The position numbers and the translations under genes were made by a program. A model generated the notes under the pieces. It searched no databases. It was not told where the DNA came from and saw only the letters and a program-made list of their open reading frames with translations. A DNA stretch of 64,000 bases. It comes from Macrostomum lignano (Eukaryota). Shown here piece by piece: positions 39,518-51,371 of the stretch. The stretch spans positions 1 to 64,000 of the forward strand of contig NIVC01000552.1 in the NCBI GenBank assembly GCA_002269645.1. The letters run 5' to 3'. Within the stretch, counting starts at the first letter, position 1; each line of letters opens with the position of its first letter.

Positions 39518-41278
39518 GGCTGAGTGAGTCAGGATGAAGCTGTGAGGCTGAGTGAGTCGGGATGAAGCTGTGAAGGCTTAGTAGATGAAAGAGCTATGAG
39601 ACTGTATACGGAAGAGAACTGCAACAAACATTATTGAAAACGACACATTAAACCCCTGAAGAACATTTTGCTGCTAACCCTGAAATCGAGTTTTTCTTTT
39701 CCCAGTCTTAAATTAAGTTTGATGCTAACGTACCCCGTAATATTCTTTTGAGTAGTAAAACAAAATCTGATTTCTGTGTAGCTTTAGAGAAACAGAAAAT
39801 ACAAACCTTCTTTTAAATTTCTGCCCTGGCTATCGATATTGATTTCGGCGAATTCGTCATTAATTTTTTTAACTAATATTTTTTTAACTTTTTAAATTCA
39901 CTTTTTAGCTATATCTTTAACAGCAAATTTGATGCGTACGTGTAGAATATTACCTATTCTAGATATAGAAGTATCTTGTGATGAATAAGCTGTCAATTCC
40001 CGCAACAAGAACCAATAGAAAAGTTGAAGGAATAATTTTCCTCAGGTGCCTGTCTCCCTGGCCTTCCCAAGTTTAGTTGGGCAATTACTGATTCTGTCAT
40101 GGAAGGCAGATCCGTTGCATTGTCTCGGAGCGTTTCCTGTGGGTAGCTGATGCAGCGTTCAACCCCAAAGGCATCTCTCTGTCTATAAGACTGGTGCAGA
40201 GAAGGCAAGTTGCGGAAATTCGAGACACAAAGAAGTAGGTAGTAACGCATCCGCAGAAGCGAACCATTGTTTTCTGTACAAATCGATTAACGTATTATTT
40301 TCTTAGAACCAACAATACAAAGTCATGGTAAAAGAAAAGAAATGTAAAAAAGATTTCAGTTTTTCAAGCTAAAAATAGACGAATACATTGTAGTTGTTTT
40401 GGCAACTGGGCAGTGCGCTGAAGTGGAAGGACGCTACTTGCGTTCGATTTTCTTAGAAATGAGTTCGAGGCCGATAGGCCCGTACAATAATCTGACGCCG
40501 ACGACAGTTATGTGAAAGCACATATGTAATCAATTTCGGATTTCTGTGCGGGAAGGAACGTACTCTAATTGAATATTTGTCGTTTTGTGGTTAAAGTTAT
40601 TGATGTCGCAACAAAACTCTTATAAGGAAATTGTTCAGTGGGTGTTTTCCAGAAACCAAGGTCGCATCGACATAGTACGACCGAGGGGTACGATCGCTCG
40701 TACATTGACGAAACCGGAATTGGATACGCAAGAGACAAAATGATGATCATACATTGTTAGCAAAGAAAATACGTAGAAAGTAAGTACATGGAACGCGCTC
40801 AATCGTCTATGGTATCTTTATGCTGAATAATAATGCTAAGTACGAGCCTGCAACCTCGTAGATAGTGATAGAGACGCTAGTGACGTTGAAGTCGCCCCGG
40901 AACACCGACGCACGTTTAAGGATCGAGTTAACTTTAACTTTGATTTAGACTAAGATGATATTTCATCTCTTTTTTTAATACAATCTTCTTCTCCAAAGAT
41001 AGACAGTGGCATTCTTGCTCGCGTAGGAAAAGGGTTTGGCAGCTAGAGGAATGGGCCGCGGCTGCTGAAAACGAGAACGTCTTTTAATATAGTCTTGTTT
41101 TTAATAGATTTTAACCATAGATACTTGTAGATTGACAAATTTTAGCCTGTAGCTATTCGCTCAAACTTACAAATTAAGTCTTGAAACGCATACTCTTGTA
41201 ACTTGTCATTTGTAGTTTGTAGTCTACAAGCTTGTAGTAGCTTTTAATTTATAACCTCTATGAAACGCCCCCCCCCCA

Positions 41279-41592
41279 GGGGGTGTTCATATACGACTTG
41301 TAAGCTATAGTGCTTACAAGTACGACTAGTGACAAGTGACAAATAAATTTCGTTTCATAAAATTAAAATTACAAGCGATCCGTTTTATGCAGTGTCTTGA
41401 AATGTCTACAATTCTCGACGCGTGTAATAATTGACAAGCTGAGAAAAAGTCTTTGTCTTTTACTCAAGCTTATATATAGTTACCATAATTTCCCTTATGG
41501 AATTGCAAACCACAGTAGAGCAAAACACTACGTGGCGATAATCGCTAATCAACTTGTAACTTGTAGCGTTTAACTTGTAAGATATATGAAAC
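41279..41592. mobile_element. Possible PIF/Harbinger-like MITE remnant(s)
   Basis: Termini agggggtgttcatata ... tatatgaaacac; an adjacent tatgaaacgcccc end lies at ~41259-41272; internal cttgta/tacaag motifs. No TSD confirmed. Confidence 0.35.
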
Positions 41593-41849
41593 ACATAACA
41601 AACACATCTACATGATGTAGATTATTTAAGGCTTAAGTATTTTGAGTACTAAATCACAGTATTTAATAAGCTAAGCTTGGCTTGTTTTAATGATAGCAAT
41701 AAATCAAATTTAAGAAAGACTGGACACGTTTCTTATTGCCTCCATTGATGGTCTCTAAAGACCGATTGACTATGCCGACTATACTAGACATATATTACTA
41801 TCCCTTAATTCTTCACCAAAAGAGTAACTTAATCGCGAAGGTTTTTTCT

Positions 41850-42110
41850 CCAAGGACCCTACTAAAGTAATAGGAAAGAAAACTACGTTTCTTTGAAATT
41901 TTAGGAGGCAGATTTTATAAAAACTATATGTATACATTACGAAGATAGGAGGTTTTCATTTTTCAGCACAGTAATCGCTATTGCTTTTGATAGAAGGGAG
42001 ACCCAATGTTCATCTTTGAAATGTCTTGCATGCCTTTCTTATTGCTCTATTGATATTCATAAAGCTTTTCGGTTAGAAAATTATAGGATTCTATGTTATC
42101 CTACAATAAC
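41850..42110 (+). repeat. AT-rich dispersed repeat, left arm of an inverted pair
   Basis: Reverse-complement homologue at 43170-43400; partial direct copy at ~37640-37740. Confidence 0.7.
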
Positions 42111-42117
42111 AAAATAC

Positions 42118-43083
42118 GTTGTCAGCCAGTCAAGAGTGGGACAACGTCACAGGGCGCGTTTCAGGGCCTGGGCGCGAACGTAGGCCGCACCGCCGCAGTG
42201 TCTGGGGCGCCGGCATCAGCCAACAGGTAGTCGACGAAACGCCGAGTGCGCGCCTGTCCCTGCAAGTAGGGTGCCTGCATTGTCAGCAGCAGCAGTTCCT
42301 GCACCGGTTGTGGGCAGTACGACTCGGCTCGAATATTATGGCCTGCCAGCTGGAGTCGCCGATGGCGAAACGATTTGATGGGACGGAACAGGCGAGTGCG
42401 ACGATTGAGTGCCGATCTTGAAGGCGGCGCGCAGCAGACCAGCGTGCGCCTCATCGACTTGCTGTTCCAGCGAATCCGTCAGAGTCCAGGTCTCGGCGTT
42501 GTACAACATGACGATATCGATCACCACCTAGAACAACGCCGTCCTCTGGCGGTCAGGCAGGGCCTCGTACTGAAAGCCCTCAGAGAGCGGAAGGCAGCCC
42601 AGGCAAGTCCACGGCGACGTCGCAGGTCCTCGCGAACGTCAGGCACCGGGCCTCCGATGTCGTCCGGCATGCAGAGCAAGACGGTCTTCTGGGTGTTCAC
42701 CACCAGGCCGACGCTCGTCGCAACGCCGGTTGTTGGGAGCACCATTGGGAGCATGGCCCTCACGACCGAGTCGAAAACCTTCCTGAAGTCAATAAAGAGA
42801 GCAATCAGGCTTAACTGGCGGGTCCGCGCATCCTCGATGACTCGGCGAAGAGCCAGGATCTGTGCCACTGCGCCGCGATGGGGCCGGAAGCCGTTCTGCT
42901 CATGCCGCAAGTACGGATTCAGCACGTATGGGCTGCTACCGCGATAGCAGCATCCGGTTGAACAGCTTCGCAGCGCAGGGCTTCAGGCGGATACCTTGGT
43001 GCTCCTCAGGTCGTGTGGTGTCCGGCTACTTCGGAATAGCGACGATGTGCGCCGTCGTCCATTCGTTGGGTGCCACCCTGCTG
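42118..43083 (-). mobile_element. Internally deleted RTE-like LINE fragment
   Basis: EQNGFRPHRG, FIDFRKVFDSV, GLVVNTQKT, MLYNAETWTL and RRLQLAGH motifs; the segment from the QG motif through YADD is missing. Confidence 0.85.
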
Positions 43084-43169
43084 AAAAGCTATCCTATCCT
43101 ATCCTATGAGCTCGACTCATATGGTTTTATGATACATTTTATTATTCTCTGTTACATATTTTTATTTTA

Positions 43170-43400
43170 TTTTAGGCACTTGACATGTAGGATTGTACGT
43201 TTGATATAAAATTAACATAGAATCTTAATTTTTTTAATGAAAACCTGTGATGAATAGCAATAAACCTATAAGAAAGGAGACATTAAAAGATGAATATTGA
43301 GTCTGTCTTTTATCAAAAGCAATAACAATTATAGTACTGAAGAAATGAAAACCTCCTATAATATCTCCACAATGTATTTTTCTATAAAAACTTGAAGTAC
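43170..43400 (-). repeat. AT-rich dispersed repeat, right inverted arm
   Basis: Reverse complement reads ggaggttttcatttcttcag...tattgcttttgata..atattcatcttt...gattctatgtta, as in 41948-42095. Confidence 0.7.
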
Positions 43401-44214
43401 TTGAGTACTCTTTGACCTGCGCCTCAGTGCAGCCTTGCCAAACCTCCAAATTTCATTATCACGTCGACCAGGAGACTATGTGAACACGCGAAATGCGTAT
43501 TGGGAAATTGTTTCATTTGTACTCAATTGTGTGTAGCTGAATCCGTGAGCACGTGAGCACAGGAAATGGGCTTCAGTTGCAGAAGCGCACGGAAGCACTG
43601 AACCAACATGAGCCGGTGCTATCATGGAATAAGGCAGCCCCCGTATTGTCTACCTCTGTATTGACAAAGCAAACTGCTACAAGACTCGTATATATCTTGC
43701 ACGCTTGAGACTCTGACTGCCGTCCTCTATTGGTGTAAAAAATACGCACCCAGCTTTGCATAAACGCATGCGATATGCGCTTGATATTCCTTATCTCTAA
43801 CTGCAGTGTACTCGCGCACTTGTGCTCAAAGGCAGATCCAACGCTGCGTTTAGATTAATAGGATCTCAGTGTGCCCACAACTGAGAACCGCAACTCTATA
43901 AGAAGTGCAGTGCTCCGCCATTGGGACTATACAGCAGCTCAAAGAATCGATTTTCCAGCTCTAATAAGCTTTCTAAAGCCAAGACTCAAATATCAAAGTA
44001 GTGAAAGTCTGTTTTGCTTCAGAATTTTGTTTTTTTGTTTTGTAAAGAAAATTTATTTGACAGTTTGTTAAAACATCGGGACAACACAGCAAGTACAGGA
44101 GCCTCGAGAGGTGCTGTGAAAATGTCCATCTCGTCGCAATCCAACAATGGTGGCTTTCTTCTGGAAGCAACGGCGAACGAGAAAGCCAGACCGCAGCTAA
44201 GGTGAGACGACTGT

Positions 44215-44761
<547 letters not shown>

Positions 44762-45338
44762 TGTAGTAGGGCATTATTTTAGAAACGGAAATTTTGCAGG
44801 TTTAAATATGCTTTTACCCTACTATCAGTAGTTTCAACCCGGGGAAATAATTAGAGCGGGGTTAAGTGGATAAAATCGGGGTTCCTTTAGAAATACAGAG
44901 CAGTTGGGCTCTCGGGAAAGAAAACCTGTTTGTTGGAGTGTCTTCTCCTGTCCTCAAACTTGAATTTCACAAGGAAAAGTGGTAAGAAGGGGAAATAAAG
45001 AAATATAACTTAGGCTTGCACAGAGGAGTCTTGCCTCTAAATCTATAACTGGGAGTCTTGCCCAAAGCACTATAGCGGGAATAGGGAATAGGGAGTTAAT
45101 GTAAAGCAAAACTAACTTTTGTACCGTAATTTACTTTTATTAAATATTTTTTTTGTGTTAACTAAATCCAAATTGGTGTCCTGACTTAGTTCTTTAAACC
45201 TAAAGCTAGAATTAAGGAACAGCAGGAACCTGGTGGCAGCGAACTACCAAACATTTAAACAGTACCGCAGATAATAATCCACTCATAATCCTTAGCAATA
45301 GAAACCAGTAGCTTAGCCGCGGTTACACGCCCATTCCA
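44762..45338 (+). repeat. 5' LTR
   Basis: Starts tgtagt, ends ttcca; one substitution seen versus the 3' LTR (gagcgggg vs gagcaggg). Confidence 0.97.
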
Positions 45339-45340
45339 AT

Positions 45341-45350
45341 TGGTGGCAGC
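45341..45350 (+). promoter_or_regulatory. Primer binding site, probably tRNA-Leu
   Basis: TGGTGGCAGC 2 nt after the LTR; complementary to a ...GCUGCCA-CCA tRNA 3' end. Confidence 0.8.
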
Positions 45351-45795
45351 TTAGAGGATTAGAATACCCGAGAAGCGCATACATTAGACTGGAGCTTAGG
45401 ATTAGTAAGGGATTAACGGATTAACTCCTATGTGCTGAAATTAGAACTAAAACTAACACAAATTTACTAATTAGGTTCTAAATTAGAGAATTAATGTACA
45501 TAGTCAGTTGATCTAAGATTGTCTGATCTCAGATTAACGGATTAACGGATTAGGAACGGATTAACGCTCCTGAAAGGAATTCTAACTTAGTTTCTTCGCT
45601 AGAAGATTAGTAAGGTCTCAATTAAGACCAGAAGTAAGGCGGAAGTAATAAAACTAGAGTCACTGCTGTTTTATTAACTAAAAAGTCTTACCATTAGGCA
45701 ATTAGCAGCTAAATTCGGAGTCTTGCCAATTTAACTGACCAAAATTATTAAACCAGAAGCGTTAATTCTAAAATCCAACCTAAAATTAAACTAAT

Positions 45796-46854
45796 ATGGA
45801 AGCTAATGACGTAGTAGAAGCACTGGCTGAAGGCATTAGAGACAGGCTAGACATTAGGAAACATATTAGGATCCAAAAGTACACGCCTAATCAGGATATA
45901 GACGTGTGGATTCAGGCTTTTGAGCAGAGGTGTATCGCAGATGAGATACCCCCAGCTGAGTGGAAGAATGAGCTACTGTCTAACCTAGATGTTCAGTCAG
46001 CGTTCGCTATCGTGACAAGGCTAAATTTAGATCCTAATCTAGCATACGCAGACTTTAAAGATAGGCTAATCGAGCGGTTCACGCATGTAGGTAGTGCTCA
46101 AGAAGCTAGGGAAGAGTTCCGTAGTAGGTTCCAGTGCAAAACTGAAAGCACTGATGACTACGCTGAGAAGCTAACAGAGCTAGCATGCAGGGCGTTTCCC
46201 CATCTAACTAACGATCAGAGACAGGAAGAGGTGGTGGAACAGTTCATTAGAGGTGTTAGGGTTGCCCCAGAGACTAGAGAGAAGCTACTGCTAGCTCAGG
46301 TAAACTCGCTTCAAGAGACACGTCGAGTCTTGCGACGTATAGAAATGGCGTACGCTATGTCTCGCCGAGGTAGAGACCCGCAGCAGTGTAAGGCAACTGG
46401 AGGAGAAGAAGCTGAGAATAGCTTGAAGGAATTGGTCCGCAAACAGGGTGAGGCGCTAGAAAACCAGCAGAAGGTGCTTCAGGAGTTACTCCGACACCAC
46501 CAGAGTGTTGAGCAAAAGGTCAAGCAGCAGCAGCCGTCAGGTCAGCAGCAGCAAGGCCAGAATCAGCAAGGGCGTCCCCCAGTAAAGTGCAACAGGTGTG
46601 GCAAGCTAGGTCACGTAGCTAAGAATTGTAGACAGCCACATCCGCAGAACCAACTTAGGTACCCGGCTCAGCAGCAGATGCAGTATCAGCAGCCGCAGTA
46701 TCAGCAGCCGCAGTATCAGCAGCCGCAGTATCAGCAGCCGATGTACCCACAGCAGCAGATGCAGCCGCAGTACCCGCAGCCGCATTACCCTCAGCAGCAG
46801 AATTCGGGAAACGGAGTAGACGGAAGCGTCGGAGGCAACGCTTTCCAGCAGTAG
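45796..46854 (+). CDS. gag: Gag (352 aa) with CCHC zinc knuckle and QQPQY tail
   Basis: CNRCGKLGHVAKNC at ~46588-46629; retrotransposon gag-like core. Confidence 0.95.
   Translation: MEANDVVEALAEGIRDRLDIRKHIRIQKYTPNQDIDVWIQAFEQRCIADEIPPAEWKNELLSNLDVQSAFAIVTRLNLDPNLAYADFKDRLIERFTHVGSAQEAREEFRSRFQCKTESTDDYAEKLTELACRAFPHLTNDQRQEEVVEQFIRGVRVAPETREKLLLAQVNSLQETRRVLRRIEMAYAMSRRGRDPQQCKATGGEEAENSLKELVRKQGEALENQQKVLQELLRHHQSVEQKVKQQQPSGQQQQGQNQQGRPPVKCNRCGKLGHVAKNCRQPHPQNQLRYPAQQQMQYQQPQYQQPQYQQPQYQQPMYPQQQMQPQYPQPHYPQQQNSGNGVDGSVGGNAFQQ
46806..46846 (+). promoter_or_regulatory. -1 programmed ribosomal frameshift signal (G GGA AAC plus downstream hairpin)
   Basis: Heptamer in the gag frame at 46806-46812; the -1 frame is open into pol; stem ggaagcgt/acgctt(t)cc begins 9 nt downstream. 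Confidence 0.8.
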
Positions 46855-49800
46855 ATCCCTCACAGTCTGTAGCCTCACAACCTGTAAATATCAGCGATAA
46901 TTTTTCTGTAAATAGTGAATTGAATTCTTCAGTGTATAACAGCAGGCATGCGCAAACATTTAATCAATCATTTAATCAGCCGAACATTTACTCTCAGCAC
47001 TTTTCAAACGCACCACAACAGCAACCTTATTCTAGCAAGCAGCAGCTAAAACAACCAAAAATAATTGAACAAACTAAAAAACAAAGTTACGATCCGTACA
47101 TCACTGGCAGCATTTTAAATAAGGAAATAGTTTATCTATTAGACACTGGCAGTAATAGAAATATCTTAGGACGCGAAACCTGGAAGCATCTTTTCACTGG
47201 CAAGAATAGGCATCTAATTAAGCATTGGGACAATAGAATCGTTTCCTTTATGGAAGAGCCTATTCCAATTAAGGGTTTCGTAGTTGTTAAGGCAACATTT
47301 GGCGATTTCAGAGAAGAAGTTGAGTTTCTCTTATGTGACGCAGATGTAGACAATGTAATAGGTGTGACGTTTGTCCAAAAATATTGTAATACCATTGACT
47401 TCGATGCAGGAATGCTAACCATGAAACAAGGAACTAGAATTCCGCTTCGATCAACCAGAGCTAAGCCTCAGGTTAGGAGAATCTATGTCGCAGAAAAGAC
47501 GACAGTTCCAGCCAATAGTTCAGGATTAGTCAAGGTCAGATTAGCAGCAGGTAGTGAAACTAATTTCGGAGTGCCATCAGTTGTTGAGCCACTCAGATCA
47601 GGATTAAAGACTAGAACAGAGAAGGTAACTGTAGTGCCAAGTTTAGTAACTCTAAGACAAGGGGAAGCTTATTTAGAAGTGATTAACACCAGTTCACAGG
47701 AAGCTAGAGTACCAGCATCAGCATTAGTTGGGATGGCCAAGCCACTCTTAGCTAGCGAGCTTAACTATCTGAAGGAACAGCCAGAAGAAGAGCAGAATAA
47801 GAACACGCAGTCTTGCGGAAGCAGAGAAAAGATCAGCCAGGTACAGGACAAGTCAGAAGACTGGATTAGTGAGATTAACATAGGAACTGAACTGACTCAG
47901 GAACAGAGACAAAAGGTGATCGAGGTCGTCAAGGAACATTCAGCAGCTTTCTCGCAGCACGAGTTAGACTTAGGCAGAACGCATTTAGTCACACATGAAA
48001 TTATCTTGAAGGATAACAACCCAGTTCAGATACCAGCTAGGAAGATTCCACCTCATTGGATCAAGGAGGTAGATGAGCAGTTAGATCTCATGTTGGCTAG
48101 AGGCATAATTAGGCCTAGTTACTCGCAGTACTCGACTCCATTAGTCATAGTACCTAAGAAAGACGGTTCGCTGAGATTAGTTAACGACTATCGAGCACTA
48201 AACAATAAATCGGAGTACTTTCCGTATCCAATAACTAATATCAATGAAACATTTTCATGTCTCCATGGAGCCAGTCAATTCTCTACGTTAGATCTATTTT
48301 CGGGATATATCAGATAGCTCTTAGGGAAGAAGATAAGTGCAAGACTAGCTTTCCAACTTTACATCGAGGCTCGTTTGAGTACGAAGTATTGCCAATGGGA
48401 TTGCAAGGAGCTCCAGGAACTTTTCAAAGGTGCATGAACTTAGTTCTTAAGGACATTGCACAGAAGTTCGCCATAGCTTACTTAGACGATGTAATAGTTT
48501 ATAGTGCAGACTTTGAATCGCATTTAGAACACCTGAAAGAAGTGCTCAAGAGACTAATACAAGCTAACATGAAACTAAAGGCTAAGAAATGTCACCTTTT
48601 CAAATCAGAATTACAATATCTAGGACACGTCATAGGCAAAACAGGAATTAAGAGAGATGCGTCGAAATTAGAATCAATTAGGAACTGGCCGAAACCTAAA
48701 TCTGTGACAGAGCTTCGAAGTTTTCTCGGACTCTGTAATTACTATAGAAAATTCGTTAGAGATTTTGCCGAGGTAGCAGCACCACTCTGTGAGTTAACTA
48801 AGAAGAACATCAAATGTATCCAGGACAAATGGACCAGGATTCATGATGAATGCTTCGAATTGTTGAAGGAACGGATGTGTTCCGAAGAAGTGCTTGCTTA
48901 CCCAGAGTTTAATACAGACCCCCAAGTTTATTTTGTGTTAGACACTGATGCATCAGATGTCAGAATTGGGGCGGTCTTGAATCAAGTTCAGAGCGACGGC
49001 ATAGAAAGACCGATCGCGTATTATAGTCGGAAGATGAGGCAGTCAGAAACTAGATATCCGATTACGAGGAAGGAGCTTCTAGCGATTGTTGACTCGCTGA
49101 AGTACTTTAGATTTTACCTCGTAGGAAAACATTTTAAGGTGCGCACTGATCACAATGCCCTAACCTGGTTGCTTCGCCAAACCGAACAGACAGGCATTTT
49201 AGGTCGTTGGATCGAAAGACTTTCCGAATTTGATTTTGAGATAGAACATAGGAGTGGCCCTAAACATGTGAATGCTGACGCTCTATCCAGGATCCCTGAT
49301 CCTCAACCGGAAGAGATGTCCCCACATGCCAGGTCGCTAAGCTGTAGGGCAACTGTGAATACAGACCCAGCATCAGCTTGTACTGTCAGCTCAGGCAATT
49401 CCGCGTTAGCTGAAACCTGTAGCTCGAGCAGTGGAGTTCCGTCATGCTGTTCGTCACAAGACACTGTCACGAACCGACACAATACTCCGATCTTTAGTAG
49501 CAGTAGGCTAGACAATAGACAGGGACAGGAGCCTAAAACCGGAAATCCGCCTGCATGCAATGCCCTGCTCAGTGACTATCTCCGTAGCCCAGTTCGCCGT
49601 GACCAATTGATCGCAGCACAGCTAGCCGATCCGGCGGTAGGCTTTGTTAGAAATTTAATTGAGAATGACTCGCCTAAACCGACATTTCAAGAACGACTAG
49701 AGTTAACCCACGACTGTAGGAACCTCTTAGGTTACTATGAGTTGCTCAGAATTGAGGACGGCGTACTCAAAGTAGACTTATCTATGGGGCAGACTGATCC

Positions 49801-51369
49801 AAAGGTAGTGTTGCCCAAGTCTCTGGATAGTGAAGTCTTTCACCAATTCCATGATTCACCGTTAGCGGGACACCTAGGTCGAGATAAAACTTATCAGAGA
49901 ATTAAAATTCGATTTTGGAGGCCAGGATTAGCAACAGCAGTTGAACGCTACGTAGCCAAATGTAAATCATGCCTAGAAAGCAAAACTAGAAGAAGAATTA
50001 AGGCACCAATTCAGAACTATCCTGTAGTCGAACCGTTCGGTAGATTGCACATAGATCTAATAGGACCTATTGGCCAAACTAGCAAATCAGGAAACAAATA
50101 TGTACTTTCAGTCATAGACAGCACTAGCAAATTTCCATTCGCATTCGCAATTAGGAATCAGAAGGCTAAAACAGTTATCAAAATTCTACAAGAACGAGTT
50201 TTCGCTGATTTTGGGATTCCACAATGGATTCACACAGACCAGGGAACACAGTTCACTGGTAGGGCCTTTAAGAAATTTTTAGACCTCTATGGCATTAGAC
50301 ACACTCGAACAACTAGTTATCATCCGCAGAGCAATGGCTTAGTAGAAAACCTTAATAAGCAGATTAAATCAATTCTCACCTGTTTACTGGAGAAGGAGCA
50401 TTCCAACTGGGACGTTCTGTTGCCAGGTTGCATAACAGCTCTGAGAACCAGCACGCACACTGCCACAGGATTTAGTCCGCACTATTTAGTCTTTGGACGA
50501 GAGGCCAGAATGCCCTGTGACAATGAGCTGAACGAGCCAAAGCAGTTTCAGGACCTGCCATCTTATGTCCAGGAACATCAGCAGAATCTGCAGGAAGGCC
50601 AAGAACTAGCGAGAAAGAGATTAAAATTAGTGCAACAAAACCGTGAGCAGGAGTACTCTAATAAGCCTAAGCCGAAAACATTGCCTGTAGGAAGCTTAGT
50701 ATTTATTAATAATCCAGTAATTGCTAACACAGAGGCTAACAAATTTCACAGAAAACAAAGGGCAGTTTACGAAATTGTAGAACAATTATCAGAAGTAGTC
50801 TTTAAGATTAGACCAGTTACCAAAAATAAGAAGGCTAGAAAGGAAGAACTTATTATGCATAGGGATAATTTAATGAAGTACCGCAAGCAGATTATCAGGA
50901 AGAAGAAGCTAGTACTAAGCCAAAAGAGCAGAGGAAACAATACGATAGGGAACAGTTAGCCAATAGCCAGCCGAATGTGTACAATGACTCAGAAAGTGAA
51001 GACGAGTACGAAGACGCAGTGCAGTTTATGCCAGTGCAACGTCAAAATAATGAGCAGTTTATGCCAGTGCAAAATCAAAATAATGAGCAGTTTATGCCAG
51101 TGCACAATCAAAATAATGTGCAGTTAGTGCCAGATCAACAAGTGCAGCATCCAAATAATAATCAAAATAATTTAGTAGGTGTACAAGGAGTTATGCCGGT
51201 ACAATTAAATAATAACAATAATAATTTAGGGATTAATTTAGAAGCTAGGCCAGCGAGAGAGCGTCATGCTCCAGATAGATTAACAGTCAGGCCAAATCAG
51301 AAAAGTTATGTGCAGAGGATAGCGGAGTTGTTTAACCCATTTAACCTCTTGCAGCCAAAATCTCAATAA
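46806..51369 (+). CDS. pol: Pol (PR-RT-RNaseH-IN), broken by two 1-bp deletions (~48307 and ~50881)
   Basis: LLDTGS (47142), YLDD (48479), TDAS, HHCC zinc finger, IDLIGP/TDQG/E integrase core; terminal RPARERHAPDRL motif in ORF 50977-51369. Confidence 0.92.
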
Positions 51370-51371
51370 CT

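Noticed and set aside
48300-48317. Second programmed frameshift within RT
   Set aside because: No slippery heptamer in frame, and the shift falls inside the conserved LDLxSGYYQI motif; a 1-bp deletion is the simpler explanation.
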